Shown here in pieces: positions 27,480 to 40,479 of a stretch of 64,000 nucleotides of DNA; position 1 is the first letter of the stretch, and the number at the start of each line of letters is the position of its first letter. A program made the translations under genes and the position numbers. The DNA comes from Eledone cirrhosa (lineage: Eukaryota). Location of the stretch: NCBI GenBank assembly GCA_964016885.1, contig OZ024742.1, positions 281,170,001 through 281,234,000 on the forward strand, given 5' to 3'. Below the pieces are notes generated by a model. The model was not told the DNA's origin. It was given only the letters and a program-made list of their open reading frames with translations, and did no database searches.

Positions 27480-27985
27480 CGATCATCACAAAGCCCCAAA
27501 ATGTACGTCACGTCTGTATGAAGCCCAAAGTGATGTTGACTATTCCCTTCGATTACCGAAACATTTTTATCACATATATGCACTAGAAACACACTTATTT
27601 ACAAAGAGTACGATATGAACGTCCGCTGACATCTTCGGGATGCAGTCTTGTGCAATATGCTAGATCTATTTTTATCGAAAAACTGACAGGTACACCATCA
27701 AAATGTTCCGGCTTATTCATCGAAGCTGTTACGAGGGATCCAGAAGGGCATTTCCTTCGGCAGTCGCTCGAATTTCCAGACTGTGGTCCTTCTGATTTCC
27801 TCTTGGTTCTAAAGGTGAAGATGCCAATGAAAATCACCTGCTTCAAGAGTTGAGATTACATCGTGTAGACTATTATGTTGAAGCTGAGAGCAATTCTAGA
27901 AGGATTATTCCAGATAAGCTTTGAGTGGAATGATCGCTGATTTAACTATAATCAAGCACAAAAGAATTACTTCCAACGGGATTAA
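27480..27985 (+). pseudogene. mariner transposase C-terminal relic
   Basis: VHHQNVPAY (cf. HDNAPAH) and EFPDCGPSDFLLVLKVKMPMK (cf. YSPDLAPSDF.LF..LK). Confidence 0.6.
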
Positions 27986-28269
27986 CAATTAAACACCATC
28001 AATTTGGTAATTCTTTTTCCCGGCTTGTGGTCGGATGTTTGCTGAAATACATACGTGCATGCATCCTTGCATACATATACGCTTACATACATACATAAAA
28101 AGATACATATATACATACATAAAAACATACCTATACATACATACGTAAGTACATAAATACTTCTTCCCATGCATACATACATGCATTCCTACATGCAATC
28201 ATACTTACATACTATATACATGCACACATCAATTCATCCATTCATCCATCCGTACATACATACATATAT

Positions 28270-30150
28270 ATATATGGAGGAAGTTATAGTTCACTTGAAG
28301 CATTGTGTAATGAGGTATAAACGTTTGTATATGTATAATAATGCCAAAACAATGCAGGTATGGACATAGAATAAAGAATGCAAATGGAAAAGATATTGTT
28401 GACAATTAGTCTTTTACCTTAGATTTATTTAAATGTCCTTAATTTTCGAGATAATATCTATTCTTCGGAGGGAAGTAAATGGTTAAACTAGTGTTCTAAA
28501 TAGCTTGCCAAGTCATGGTAACAGGAAATGGTATAGAGTATCTGTTCTATCTCTAATATCAAAGAGTGAAGGTTAGGTGGATAAAGAGTAGTCTCCCTTT
28601 AAAAGGTTTTTTTTGGTATATGCCTGTTTAAGTGTGTGGGAGAATGCGGGAAGGTATAAGTATGTGTGTGTGTGTGTGTGAGAAGATATGTATATACGTA
28701 AATGTGGGGGATAGATGTTATCTCGTGTTAGAACTGGTCTTTGTGTGTGTATGCGTGTGTGTGAGAGAGAATAAGTGGAGGCGTAAGCGCGTGTGTGGGG
28801 GGGGGCGTGCGTGTGTGTGTGCGTGCGTGTGTGTGTGCGTGTGTGGGGGGGGGGGGGGGGTAAATATGGAGCTAGATGCTCTATCAAGTTATAAACTGGG
28901 TGTTGAGTTGTAGTCTATTATTGATTGGTGGTCGTGTTTTGTCTATAATTAGTGCTTCCTTAATTCTAAGATTGCCGAGGTTTCTTTCCTTAGTTTCTAA
29001 CCTAATTGTTATGGTTTTGTCGGTGTTTTTGCATTTAACTAGGTGTTTCTTAAATGAGGAAGCGTTAGTATTGAGGTGTTCTTTTATTCTTATGGAGTGG
29101 TCTGGTGGTGCTACCTACGTAGAAGTTGCTGCATTTGTCGCACTCTAGTCTGTATACGACGTAAGCCTCGTGGCATTGGTCTGTGTCGTTGATGGGGCAG
29201 TTGGCTAGCCTGCAGCGGTTGTCATGTCTGGTGGAGTGTCTTTTGGTTAGCTGTCCGCGTAGAGAAGGACCTGAGTGGGCCAGTTGGATATCTAGTTCCT
29301 CTCGTCTGATAGCTCTGCGGATGGCTGTTGTTGTTTCGTCACTGAAGTGTGGGAGTTTCAGGAAGCAAGTATTAGTGCCTCGGGTGTGGTGCCCTCTGTT
29401 CTTTCTGGCACGGTTTGTGGTGGATGTCGTGTATCCGTTCAGTTTGAGTACTTCCAGGAAATATGTGGTGTGTGTGTCTCGGTCTCTAGCATCGGTACAT
29501 TTGTTCCGGATACGTGTTAGTTCGTTCGTTATGTATCCGAACTTAGCGCCGGCTGGGAGGGCCGATCTGAAATGTACGAACAGGTCCCTGCTGGCGGCTT
29601 TTTTATAGAAGCAGGTGTGGATGTTCCCTCCTCTGTTACCCTGAGTTGGGAGTCCAGTAGGGATAGGGATCCGCGATCATCGGGTTGTTCCATACTGAAC
29701 TTTATACTGGCGTCCATGCTGGAGAATGTTTTGTATATTTTATCCGCCTCCTCACGGGATGATGTAAGGATGAGTATGTCATCTACATATCGGGTGAAGA
29801 GGTATGGGAATGGCAGGTGTTGAGGGCTCGGCATTCTAGCTGGTTCATATAGGTGATGGCCAGCAGGCTCGATAGGCTGGATCCCATGGGTAATCCTGTT
29901 GTCTGTCTGTATGTGTGGTGGTGGAAGGTGAAGTACGTGTTGTCCACTGTGAAGACAAAAGCTGGTGTATGTCCGTCGGATGGAGGCCGTAGCAGTGGAT
30001 GTCCTCTGCGACCACGCAGTCCGTCAATAAATCGACAGCTGGATGAGCTGGGACTGTAGTATAGAGGGAGACAACGTCGAGGCTAAAGGCGTATCTATTT
30101 AGATTAAGTTGTTCTGGCTGGAGTTGGTGTAGTCGGAGCTACTGACATGC
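28270..30150 (-). mobile_element. Penelope-like element, 5'-truncated (RT + GIY-YIG)
   Basis: FSLDVVSLYT, YRQTTGLPMGSSLS, FTRYVDDILI, VVYRLECDKCSNFYVGSTTR; degenerate hammerhead at 28436-28473 in the 3' UTR. Confidence 0.9.
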
Positions 30151-30667
30151 CCGGAACAGCTTATTCCTTGCGATCAAATGCCACTGTATAGATATTATTA
30201 TATCACGACTATAACTGTTGGGGCTTTAGAGTATTTCTGAAAAGATTCGTATGTTGTACTGATGCAGCATTTTGACCTTTCTGAGTAGACATTTCCAGAC
30301 AACATACTCAAAAATAAGAAAAAAAAGCCCCATTAAATTATTCAAATGCTTACATGCAGGAATATTATGAAATTATTAAATAATCATAACTGTATGTCTA
30401 CAAGGAATTTTATAGAACAATTTAAATTAAATAAGAGACATAAGTAATCATATTCTGTAAACACTTACATTGACACGAATAAAGAATCAAATATTATACT
30501 ATCATATACACATATATGTGACAGTGTGAAACAAGATTTTAACTAAATTCCATATTTCATCATAAAATCTTGCCTCAGAAGTGAAACATGCAATTGAAAG
30601 TTTAATATAATGGAAATTTATATAACATTATAACTGTATTTAACATTTACAGTGGGAGACACATAAT

Positions 30668-30772
30668 AATTGTTTCTACTTTTGGCACAAGGCCAGCAAT
30701 TACCCAGTGCATTACTGGTACTTTATTTTATCGACACCGTAATGATGAAAGGCAAAGTTAACCTCGACGGGA
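30668..30772 (-). mobile_element. 5'-truncated SINE with TSD
   Basis: SINE 3' half flanked by direct repeats gggagac(a/g)cataataat. Confidence 0.8.
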
Positions 30773-31379
30773 GACGCATAATAATGTATTGATTTGATTA
30801 TTGTTTCACACTGTTTCAAACTAAACATGATCAGTCAGTGTTGTTACAATTTTTCATGATGCGATAGTATGTGAATGATTTTGGAAGTTTTAGCTGCTAT
30901 TTCTAACAGGACTACAACTATTGGCTCCAATTTGATCATTTTTCATAAAATATAAGAAAACGTATTACTAATGACAACTCCGAGTTTTATTAGTAAAAAT
31001 CTAAAATAAGTAATATATCTGGCGCCAAATTCCCAGAATGGTTAGGGAAAGAAGTATCAAACCTATCAAACCATCCACTACTCAAAGGGTCTTTGACACC
31101 TCACTGACTCTAGACAATTAAGTAAATGTTTGCATCATTAAGCAGAATATATAATAAATCGACAATAATGTCGAATTATATACGAATCAGAAACTTCTAG
31201 AAAAATGTTGGGCTTTAATGTATTAATTTATGCAATTAAGGTTTTATAAAAATTTCAGGGATTCTATTGCCAAAATTTCACTCCAGAGAGAATTTAACTC
31301 TACAAAATGTGATAATGAGATGTGAATAATGTATACATTCATGCACACTTACACACACACATACAGAATTTAATGCTTT

Positions 31380-33304
31380 TTTGTGAACCTTTAAGCTACT
31401 ACATATTTTCTAATTATCATCTTCATTGTAGATATAGTTAATAAACCAATGGTTCGCCCAGATGAATCTACGAATTTCGAATTGCGAGTCTCTTTTCTCT
31501 GGTAGAAGAATAACAACCAAAATAACTAGTATTGCTCTACAATTCCATCTTGCATTATTCAAGTGAGGTATTTTTTTAAACTTCACTTTAGAAAATCTTC
31601 CAGTTTCTTTGAAAATGCGGAAAACGTCAGTTAAATGAATTAGATATTTCATATCACCATGCCGTCCTGTTGTTTCAGTAATCTCTTCTTTACTATTCTT
31701 AAAATTCTTCTTGAGTTGTTCGTAGTTATTTACAAATTCAACAATAAACGGATATTCGATATTGGGTGATGTGTTATTTCCTCCAAGTTCGTCATCCATT
31801 ACTACGCGAAGCATTCAGTCAAGAACAAAATGTCGACAGCCAATGAATTGTGGTTCTTCCAATTTCTTTTGAGTAAATAATCTTTGTAACTGTTCATATT
31901 CGTAGTGTCCACAACAATTATTTTAATGCTCTTCTATAAATTGTATTCATCCAGAACAGCTGTTTTTCTTTTGACAAAAGTATCCCCTTTTCTATATGTA
32001 CACCTAAGGCTTCTAACATATCTTCTCTTCTTTCATTTTTCAAAACAAGGACTTGATATTCTTGGCCATCAATTCGTTTACCATCAAATTGCAATGACCA
32101 ATGTTCTAAGTGTACTGCTTTCTTCATTTCTTCTTTAAGTTTAACAGCTTCTTTAAAAGTAGATCTGTAAATAACAGATTGGGAAGGTGTTTCAATCTAA
32201 ATCCTTTCTTGAGATAACTGCTGACAAACATGTCCTTCTTTGCTGGTTGATAAGTTTGAAGATGTTTTTAATTTGGTTGCAGGTTTGGCTTTGCTCTACT
32301 TCTTTCTTTTTCTTGTAGATTGTTCTGCAGAACATTCGGACTCCCCGATACAATCTCTAATTGACTCTCTGATTCGAAAGTTAAAGTCGTCGTTATTGTT
32401 GTTATCGTTGTTGTAGTTCGCTCCAAGTTCATTTTTCTTATTTTTGATGGATGAATACCTTTAGAACTCGCAGTCTTTCCAATTGTATATCCAACTTATC
32501 CTTTGCTTTCGTCTGTCCTCACTGCACAGCCATTCACTATTTTCCTTTGTGATGTCAAAGATTTCATTCAATGGATCTTATTGTCTTCGTTTCACACATT
32601 CATCCTATGTGTTTAACACTTGATCCCGTTCTGCTTATATGACTTGAGTTGAAAAATTTGGGAAATTTAATTTCTTTTGCCATAAACTTGTTACTTCTTT
32701 AGCGATATAATTATACGTACTCTCCTTCCTTTAATGGATAACGATCAACAATTTGTAATTTGAACTTATTTCCCAGTGATCCTTCTTCTGTGAAACAGTT
32801 CTTATTTTCTTATGTGATTCTTGATAACTTATGAGAGTCGTCCAGATGTTTTTGCTTCTGCCAGATGTAGAAACAGTTTTCTTACGAGACATTATGAGAC
32901 ATCGAATGTTTCAACGATTAAACAGATTGCTTTCTCAATCAGGAATATTTTATAATCTGAAAGAAGGAAAAGTATTTGATCAAAAACACAACATACTTTC
33001 CCCATTCGCTTCATCTAAATGAAAATCCAACGAGCGCTCAGGCTTATAAAGCCCCATAAAATGCACGTCATATATTTTCAGAGAAATCTAGAAGGCTCCA
33101 AAAAGATCTAGAGGGTTACATAAAGTTCTAGATGTTTCCAGAAAGTTCTAGAAAGCTCCAGGAAATCATAGTAATACTACACGATTTTAGAAACTTTGTT
33201 TTGTAGGTGACTAAATTAAACCTTTCTTAATTTTAACTAGAGTTCATCGAATTGTGATACAGGAAATATTTTATTTAACAAAAGGTCAAAACGACATAAC
33301 CCTA
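31380..33304 (-). mobile_element. hAT-like (hATm-type) DNA transposon relic
   Basis: WSLQFDGK, IVVDTTN, FIGCRHFVLD (CxxH-like) and NNARWN motifs on the minus strand; putative terminus TAGGGT at 33304. Confidence 0.6.
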
Positions 33305-33336
<32 letters not shown>

Positions 33337-33424
33337 ATTGCACTTACCGTCGTAAGCAAAGGAGTGCCCGGATTTATATACATACATATATTATATATAT
33401 ATATTTACATATATATATATACAT

Positions 33425-33544
<120 letters not shown>

Positions 33545-33604
33545 GAGTGTGTGTGCGTGAGTTGGTGTGTGTCTGTGCGTGTGAGTATACGTATGTAGGT
33601 ATTT

Positions 33605-34257
33605 GAACATATATTTTCGTTCCACATTGGATGCTTTCGATTTAGCGCCGTTCATCCGAATACAGATAATCGGGCATTTGCATAGCGACAGCAGGGAAAG
33701 AAGCTGATCAGCGATCCCATACTCCTGCAAAACCTTCCACTGCAAGTCCTGAGGATCGCAGTCATATGTCTTTTCCAGTTCTACAATACGAGAAGATAAT
33801 TCTTGGCAATATTCCCACGATTTCTCAAAGACCTGTTGTGGTGCGAATATTTCTCCACTGTGCTGTGTCCGGAGTGTAAACCACACTGTTTCTCATCTAG
33901 CTTGGACTCGATAATCGCCTTACAATTCTTTGCCAGACACTTAGCATTGGCATTAGCGGGGTAGGTTTAACAACAAGTGCTCCTTGTAACGGGAATCGTT
34001 TCTCTTGTCTCCCTTTTTGAAAATTAGGATTATCACTCCTGATTGCAACTGTTTAGGTGCGTCTCCAGAGATCCTTCGCTATTTAAGGGTTTTAACATCT
34101 CGGGTCGGATTTCATCTTTCCCAGTGGCCTTGCCACATTTAAGCTCATTAAATGCTCTTGTTACCCCAGCCTCTGAGAGATTAGTCACTGTCTCCAGTTG
34201 CACCTCTTGTAGAACAGAAGAATTTAAGGACATATAGTTTAGCACTTGGTTCGTCAA
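33605..34257 (-). pseudogene. RTE-clade RT fragment
   Basis: AFNELKCGKATGKDEIRPEMLK and QVFEKSWEY...LEKTYD...WKVLQEYGI. Confidence 0.8.
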
Positions 34258-34654
34258 TATTGACCTGGCATTCTAAACATGTTTATCTAGTTTTGTTCTT
34301 TGGAAAGACATTATGTATAGACGACATGTTCCATATCCCTACTGAAACTGTAAACTATAATCTGAGAAAAAGGTGGCTGCTATTTCTAGTAGATAGATAA
34401 CTATTTAGAATTTAACTCACTGGCAGGAATATCATGGTTTTTCACAAAATATAACCGATTGAATATTCCCTACATAAAAATGTTAATAACTTTATTAATT
34501 ATGGGTTTATTTTCATAAAACAAGTTTTATTTTGAACATTATAATGATAGTAGTACAGTACATTCTACATAGGCACCAGTGTTTTGTCATTGTCTGGGTA
34601 TATGTGGCGGACGGCTGAGCTCACGTCTTTTCAAAAGCGCGTAGACAACTGAAA

Positions 34655-35040
34655 TAATTGTTTCTAATTTTGGCACAAGGCCAGCAATTATTGCAGTGCA
34701 TTACTGGTACTTTATTTTATCGACCCCGTAAGGATGAAAGGCAATGTAAACCTCGGCGCGATTTGAACTCAGAATGACAAGGGCCGCAACTCTATGCGTC
34801 AAAGCATGGCGTCCGACGCTCTACCGATACTGCCAATCCACCACAGACAACTGAAATAATGGTTTCTTATATAGGCACAAGGACAGCAATTTTGGGGGAG
34901 CGGAAAGACGATTTAATCGACTCCAGTGCGTGACTGGTACTTTATTTCATTGACCCCATAAGGATGAAAAGCAAAATTAACCTCGGCGGGATTTGAACTC
35001 AGATCATAAAGGGAGGTAACTCCATGCTTCAAAGCATGGT
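34655..35040 (-). mobile_element. Two tandem SINE copies
   Basis: SINE consensus on the minus strand; left copy flanked by TSD agacaactgaaataat. Confidence 0.85.
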
Positions 35041-35688
35041 GTTCGTTTTCAGCTATGTTCAAGTGCTCTTTTATCAGGAGAGGTGATAGGTGGAGTAAGT
35101 GGAGAAATGAGTGTAGTTGAGGGAGCAGGAGTGAAGGTTACGCAGTGACCTATTGGGGGCGGGGCTTTAGCCAATAATCTAATAGTCGCAAAGGATCTGT
35201 CATGATGCCTGTGTTCATGTACGCATCAGTTTATGTCTTATTCCAATTCTTAGTTGTGTAAATCTGCGTCTGTGTGTATTTCGGTGTCTCTGTGTTCACA
35301 ATATGATGGGCCTTGGGTGAGGATGGGACATTTGTGAACGAAGAGTGTTCGAAAAACGAGGTCCGGAGATCTGGTGTTGGGACAAGTTGAGGAAATTTGG
35401 TATTATCTCTTCATGTTCTTCCTCTACTCCTATCCTTACATTCCTTCCTTGTTCTATTCTTTCATGGTAATGTTGTTGTTGGTATTGTGTGTGTAGTTTA
35501 CTACTTTTAGTGTGTTGGTGCGTGTAGTTGAGTTTTTGATGTTATACAGTATGGGTTGTATGTGTAAGTCCCCGCGCATGGGCACGTCTGATATTATTCT
35601 TTGTAGATTGGTGTGGTGGTTTGCATCCTCATTCCCAAGTATCGAGTACTGAATATCGTCTTATTAGTATAACTGGTAACTCCCAATT

Positions 35689-35751
<63 letters not shown>

Positions 35752-35771
35752 CTGTGTGTGTGGGTGGGTGT

Positions 35772-35812
<41 letters not shown>

Positions 35813-35825
35813 TGTGTGTGTGTGT

Positions 35826-35869
<44 letters not shown>

Positions 35870-35965
35870 TTACCTCCGATTCAACCCGGAATAACTTACC
35901 TATATATATATATATGTATCAAAATAAAGATCCGAAGGCATGGTATAAATTTCCAATCATTTTAA

Positions 35966-36039
35966 TCACGACACATGTTTCAATAAGAGATAGACCGATC
36001 GTGCGGCCATGATCGATTATCACTGATCTCGTCAAGTGA
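35966..36039 (-). ncRNA. Type I hammerhead ribozyme (U3 variant, long stem II)
   Basis: Minus strand: tcac-TTGACGA-gatc...-GAAA-catgtg-TC-gtga; GUC site. Confidence 0.6.
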
Positions 36040-36239
36040 AAATGAATTGTCTTCAAATCCTTGATCTGAGGGAGAAAATTTAACGATGTTCACTCACTAG
36101 AGTTTTGTCCCCCACAAGAAGATTAAGCAGCCAAAACACGCCGACTGCTATCGTCCTCAGTTAGGGTAATAAAACTATCAAGTCTCTATCTCTCAATAGC
36201 TGTAAAAGACGCTGGACGGATAGATAGATATATATATAT

Positions 36240-37330
36240 AATAGAAAAATACTTAGGTTAATAGGAGTTAGGTATTATATATTGTATACCCGTGTCCCAT
36301 TAAGGTATTGGCAGCATAATAATTAGCTCTATGCTTTGGAGCAGAGCCGTATATATGAAAAAGAACACAAGAGCGTCTACAACATCAAAATATTTTTATT
36401 GGCTTACAATGTTTCTTCCTTACGTAACCGTAGGATTCTTCAGAGCTATAAAAGGGGTTTGATTGGTGTTATGGACTCTACCAACCAAAGATTCAAGAAC
36501 AAAGAGTAAAGAGAGTAAAGAGCAAAAGTAGGGGACGATAAGTCTAATTTTGGTGCGGGAGGGTGGGGTGTGGGTCCTTGTTTACTAGCTGCTGTCATAT
36601 TCATTCCCGGGAGTCGAGTGGTTAGCTGAACCATAGATGGGGTGGCGTCGATAGTATGGTGCAGAGGGTGTGCAGAGGCTACACAAACACAAAGGGCATA
36701 CAATATATATATATATATAGCGGAGGAGAAAGTACATGAGGTAATTAGAAATGGAAAAAGAGTAATAATAATAATCTATAATTAATAGTGTATAATAAGA
36801 CATGGGGAAGATTACACTATAATAAGGTATAAAAGTAAGAATAAGGTAAAATATAAAGGAGGATAAAAGTGGAAATAATAAAGATAAAAAAATATATAGA
36901 GAATATATAAAGAAATATAAGCGAATATTTGGAGGGGAAAACACAATGTAAAAAAACCGATTTTTTCAAATAATAATAAAAATATAATTATGGGGGAGAA
37001 AACGGGATAGAGAAATATGATCAAATGTGATTAGTTGAGAGAATATAAGATGATAATAGTTATGTCAAGTTTATACATCTTAATAATAAATAATCTGTGT
37101 ATCAGAGTTACAGAACCTTCAATTCACTTACAGGTTCAAGCCACGTGGCATAGTCCATTGTTTATCTGTGCGGTCATGCGCATTTGTTTTTGACACCACA
37201 GCAGATGCACAAGTTCGTAAATTCCAATGCAGATAGAAATCTATTTTTGCTCACCCGGACATTGACGGAGGATCCAATATTCCTAGTTCAATATGTGTGT
37301 GGTGTTATTTTGGTCGCACAAATCAATCAC
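36240..37330 (-). mobile_element. PLE 3' end (C-terminal remnant + pLTR)
   Basis: Minus strand ends coding ...WTMPRGLNL* (resembles GIY-YIG PLE C-terminus), then AT-rich UTR with a hammerhead. Confidence 0.5.
36402..36446 (-). ncRNA. Minimal type I hammerhead ribozyme
   Basis: Minus strand: gct-CTGAAGA-atcctacg gtta cgtaaggaa-GAAA-cattg-TA-agc; GUA site. Confidence 0.7.
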
Positions 37331-37951
37331 TAGTTTCAATATTATGGAGTATGGTTTTCTGGTCTTCGTAACAGTGTCAGTGGTTGTATATCTGGAAATC
37401 ACAAGGATCACAGTACTCCGATTTGGTGTGATTATCGGTCATCCAGCTATGTTGTTGGTGGTTGGATTCAATTCTATTCGTCCGAACGTTGAACTTTGGT
37501 GTCGATAGAACATTAACGAGGCAGGGTGAGATCGCATCTGTGGTACAAAACGGTACGCAAAGAAATTCTTCGTCTTCGTTTCATCCGGGTCCAGCAGTCA
37601 CGTGCAAGAACCGCTACGTAGTAATTGTGGGGTTAATCGGTCAAGTCAGCAACTGACCGAAAATTCTCTTAGGAATTCAGACAGGCATGACAGGCACATT
37701 TAGGTCAGCAGCTTCTTTATGTGTACGTGTGTCCGACACACACAGACACACATTTATATGTATTTCAACTCAAAAACTCAATTGATTGACCCACTAACGA
37801 AAAATCAGAGATGCATCTGAACTCAATTTATTGTGTGTTACAATTGTTTCGCCCACGGACAGCTCGAGACACGATCATTGTGAGGATCTGTCTGATTCTG
37901 CATCCACAGGTTCGACGGACACGTCTAATGATTTCGAAATCATTATATTTA

Positions 37952-38128
37952 CGTGGATTGGCAGTATCGGTAGAGGGTCGGACGCCATGCTTTCCAGCAT
38001 AGTTACGTCCCTTTACGATGAGTTCAAATCCCGCCGAGGTTGACTTTGCCTTTCATCCTTACGGGGTCGATAAAATAAAGTACCAGTAATGCACTGGGTA
38101 ATTGCTGGCCTAAAGTAGAAACAATTAT
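37952..38128 (+). mobile_element. tRNA-derived SINE with TSD
   Basis: Consensus match; TSD attatatttac. Confidence 0.9.
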
Positions 38129-38662
38129 ATTTACAAGAAGGTACGTCACAATAAGCACACAAACGCACATACATAAATATATGTACATACATATACATAT
38201 GCATGCATACACACCAGGATTCAAATATTACATTTCTGAAATATGCCATGTTGTAATAATATTTGAATGAATTCTTGTAATCTAACAAGAGGATGTTTCA
38301 CGATAACTACTGCGTGATTGATTGAAAGGTAGTCTATATGTATTCACTAAAGTGTCGCAATACAGCTGATAAAACTTCCGTATCACCTGAAAGCTATTAA
38401 GACAATATCATATATGTATATCTCTATGAAATAATATTCAATTGTTATAAACGTATATTGTTACAAACGTACATTTATATATAGAAATAGTTAAATATCA
38501 AACAGTCAAATGTACGTTCCCAAATTATATGTGTAATATATGTCCATATATCTGTAACTATATATGTCAAAATTCCATTGCATGGAATTAAATTCACATA
38601 AACTCAACTCAGATCCAAACTTTAACCACCCTAAATTGCTCAGCATACATTTTCCACGCCTC

Positions 38663-38706
<44 letters not shown>

Positions 38707-38784
38707 CCAAATACACTATACATATATCCATATATATATATATATATATATATGTATATTGTTATATATGTATATTGTTATATA

Positions 38785-39210
38785 TATATGGATGTACGTA
38801 TAGTATATTTGGCAATATACCGTATGTTTAGTTAAAAATATTTTGAAGACCTTGCGCTATCATTTTTAAAGTAGTGACTACGTCACTTACTTCTTTTGTC
38901 GGTAAAAGAAGGGAGAGAAGCTGACATATTCTGTTTCACGCTGTTGCCGATCCTCAGTATGGACCGGCAATCGCTCTGTATAATCAGTTCCTGATTATTA
39001 CTGGAATTCTATAAGAATGCAGCCTCTATAATTTTCGGCAAAGGCTCGCCAACAGCGGGAAACAGATTCTGTCAGCTTCTCTCCCTTCTGTTGCCAAAAA
39101 AAACGAAGTAAGTGACATAGTCACCACTTTAAAAATGATAGCGCAAGCTCTTCAAAATGTTTTTAATTAAACATACGGTATATTGCCAAATATATTTTAC
39201 ATACATTCAT
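38785..39210. repeat. Foldback element with ~160-bp inverted arms
   Basis: 38785-38950 is the reverse complement of ~39045-39210; a third copy of the terminus lies at 38701-38735. Confidence 0.8.
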
Positions 39211-39790
39211 GTATACATCGCTATTTCAGAGCACCAATCCTAATTTTTAATATATATATATATTATATGTGTGCGTGTGAGTGTCTGTGTGTGTCTGTGT
39301 GTGTCTGTGTGTGTGTCTGTGTGTGTCTGTGTCTGTCTGAGTGTGTGTGTCTGTGTGTGTCTGTGTATGTCTGTGTGTGGGGGGGGGGGTGACTATATAT
39401 ATATCATGACTGCACTATATTCCATACTTCACCATAAAATCTTGGAGTCAGAAATATTAAATAAAATTGAAAATTAAAATAAATAATGAAACTTATTTAA
39501 CTGAAAATATACATATCGTATTGGCAGTGTGATACACACAATAATATATATGATATCATCATTTAACACCATTTCCGACGGATTGAGCAGTCATTCCATG
39601 CCTCAAATCCCACTATTCACATTTTCTCCCTACGGTGTAGTGTTTTTACGAAGACAACCAATATTTCATAACGAGACAGAGTGTTACTTTAGTAAGATTT
39701 AGTTGCCATTTGTAATAGAACTACAACTATTTAGAAGCTCATTAATTCTATATTCAATTCTCATAGGACAAACTAATAATTTTACTAATA

Positions 39791-40459
39791 CAGTGCATCT
39801 TCGCTTATCCGGATATCGCTTTTCCGAAATTCGGTTTACCGGACAGCTATTTCTATACTACCTCCGGATGAGGAGGACTTGATTTCAGCAGACAGCCAGA
39901 TTCGGGCAGCATTTCTTGCGGCGAACATTACGTCACTTATTCAGCCAATGGACCAAGGAGTTTTGGAGACACTAAAGTGGATTTACAGAAAGCACTTGCT
40001 GCGGGATTTGATCGGAAAACGGGAGATGGGAATGATTCCATTTTTACGTGCGATAAATATGAGAGAGGTGGTTGACCGTTCAGCTGTTGCGTGGAAATGG
40101 TAGCGGGAAATGGTAGCGGAACGACGAGCTTCGGTGCGAAAACAATCTTCTATTTATTCATGTTTATAAAAGTACTAACTTTTTATGGTTTCACTCAATT
40201 CAGTTTTACCAAGTGTTTAGTTATTCTTATGTTTGTTTAATTAATTTTCTTATAAATTCTAGCTGTTCTTTTGTTATTCTAATAAACTTTCTTTACTTAG
40301 CATTTGTCTTTTATTTTGACTAAAAGAAGCCTAAACATTATAAACCACGAGCATTAAGTAACAATGGGATTTTAGAATTCACTTATCCGAATATTTCACT
40401 TAACCGGATCTTTTTCTAACTGTTTGGATTTGACCGTCCGGATAATCCAAGATTCACTG
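39791..40459 (+). mobile_element. Internally deleted pogo/Tigger-like Tc1-mariner transposon
   Basis: TA|CAGTG...TTATCCGGA TIRs with TA TSD; internal FLAANITSLIQPMDQGVL (DDE_1 motif). Confidence 0.9.
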
Positions 40460-40479
40460 TATATATATATATTAAAAAC

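Noticed and set aside
30257-30300. Left TIR of the hAT-like relic
   Set aside because: Only a short ttttgaccttt match to the right end and no 8-bp TSD seen
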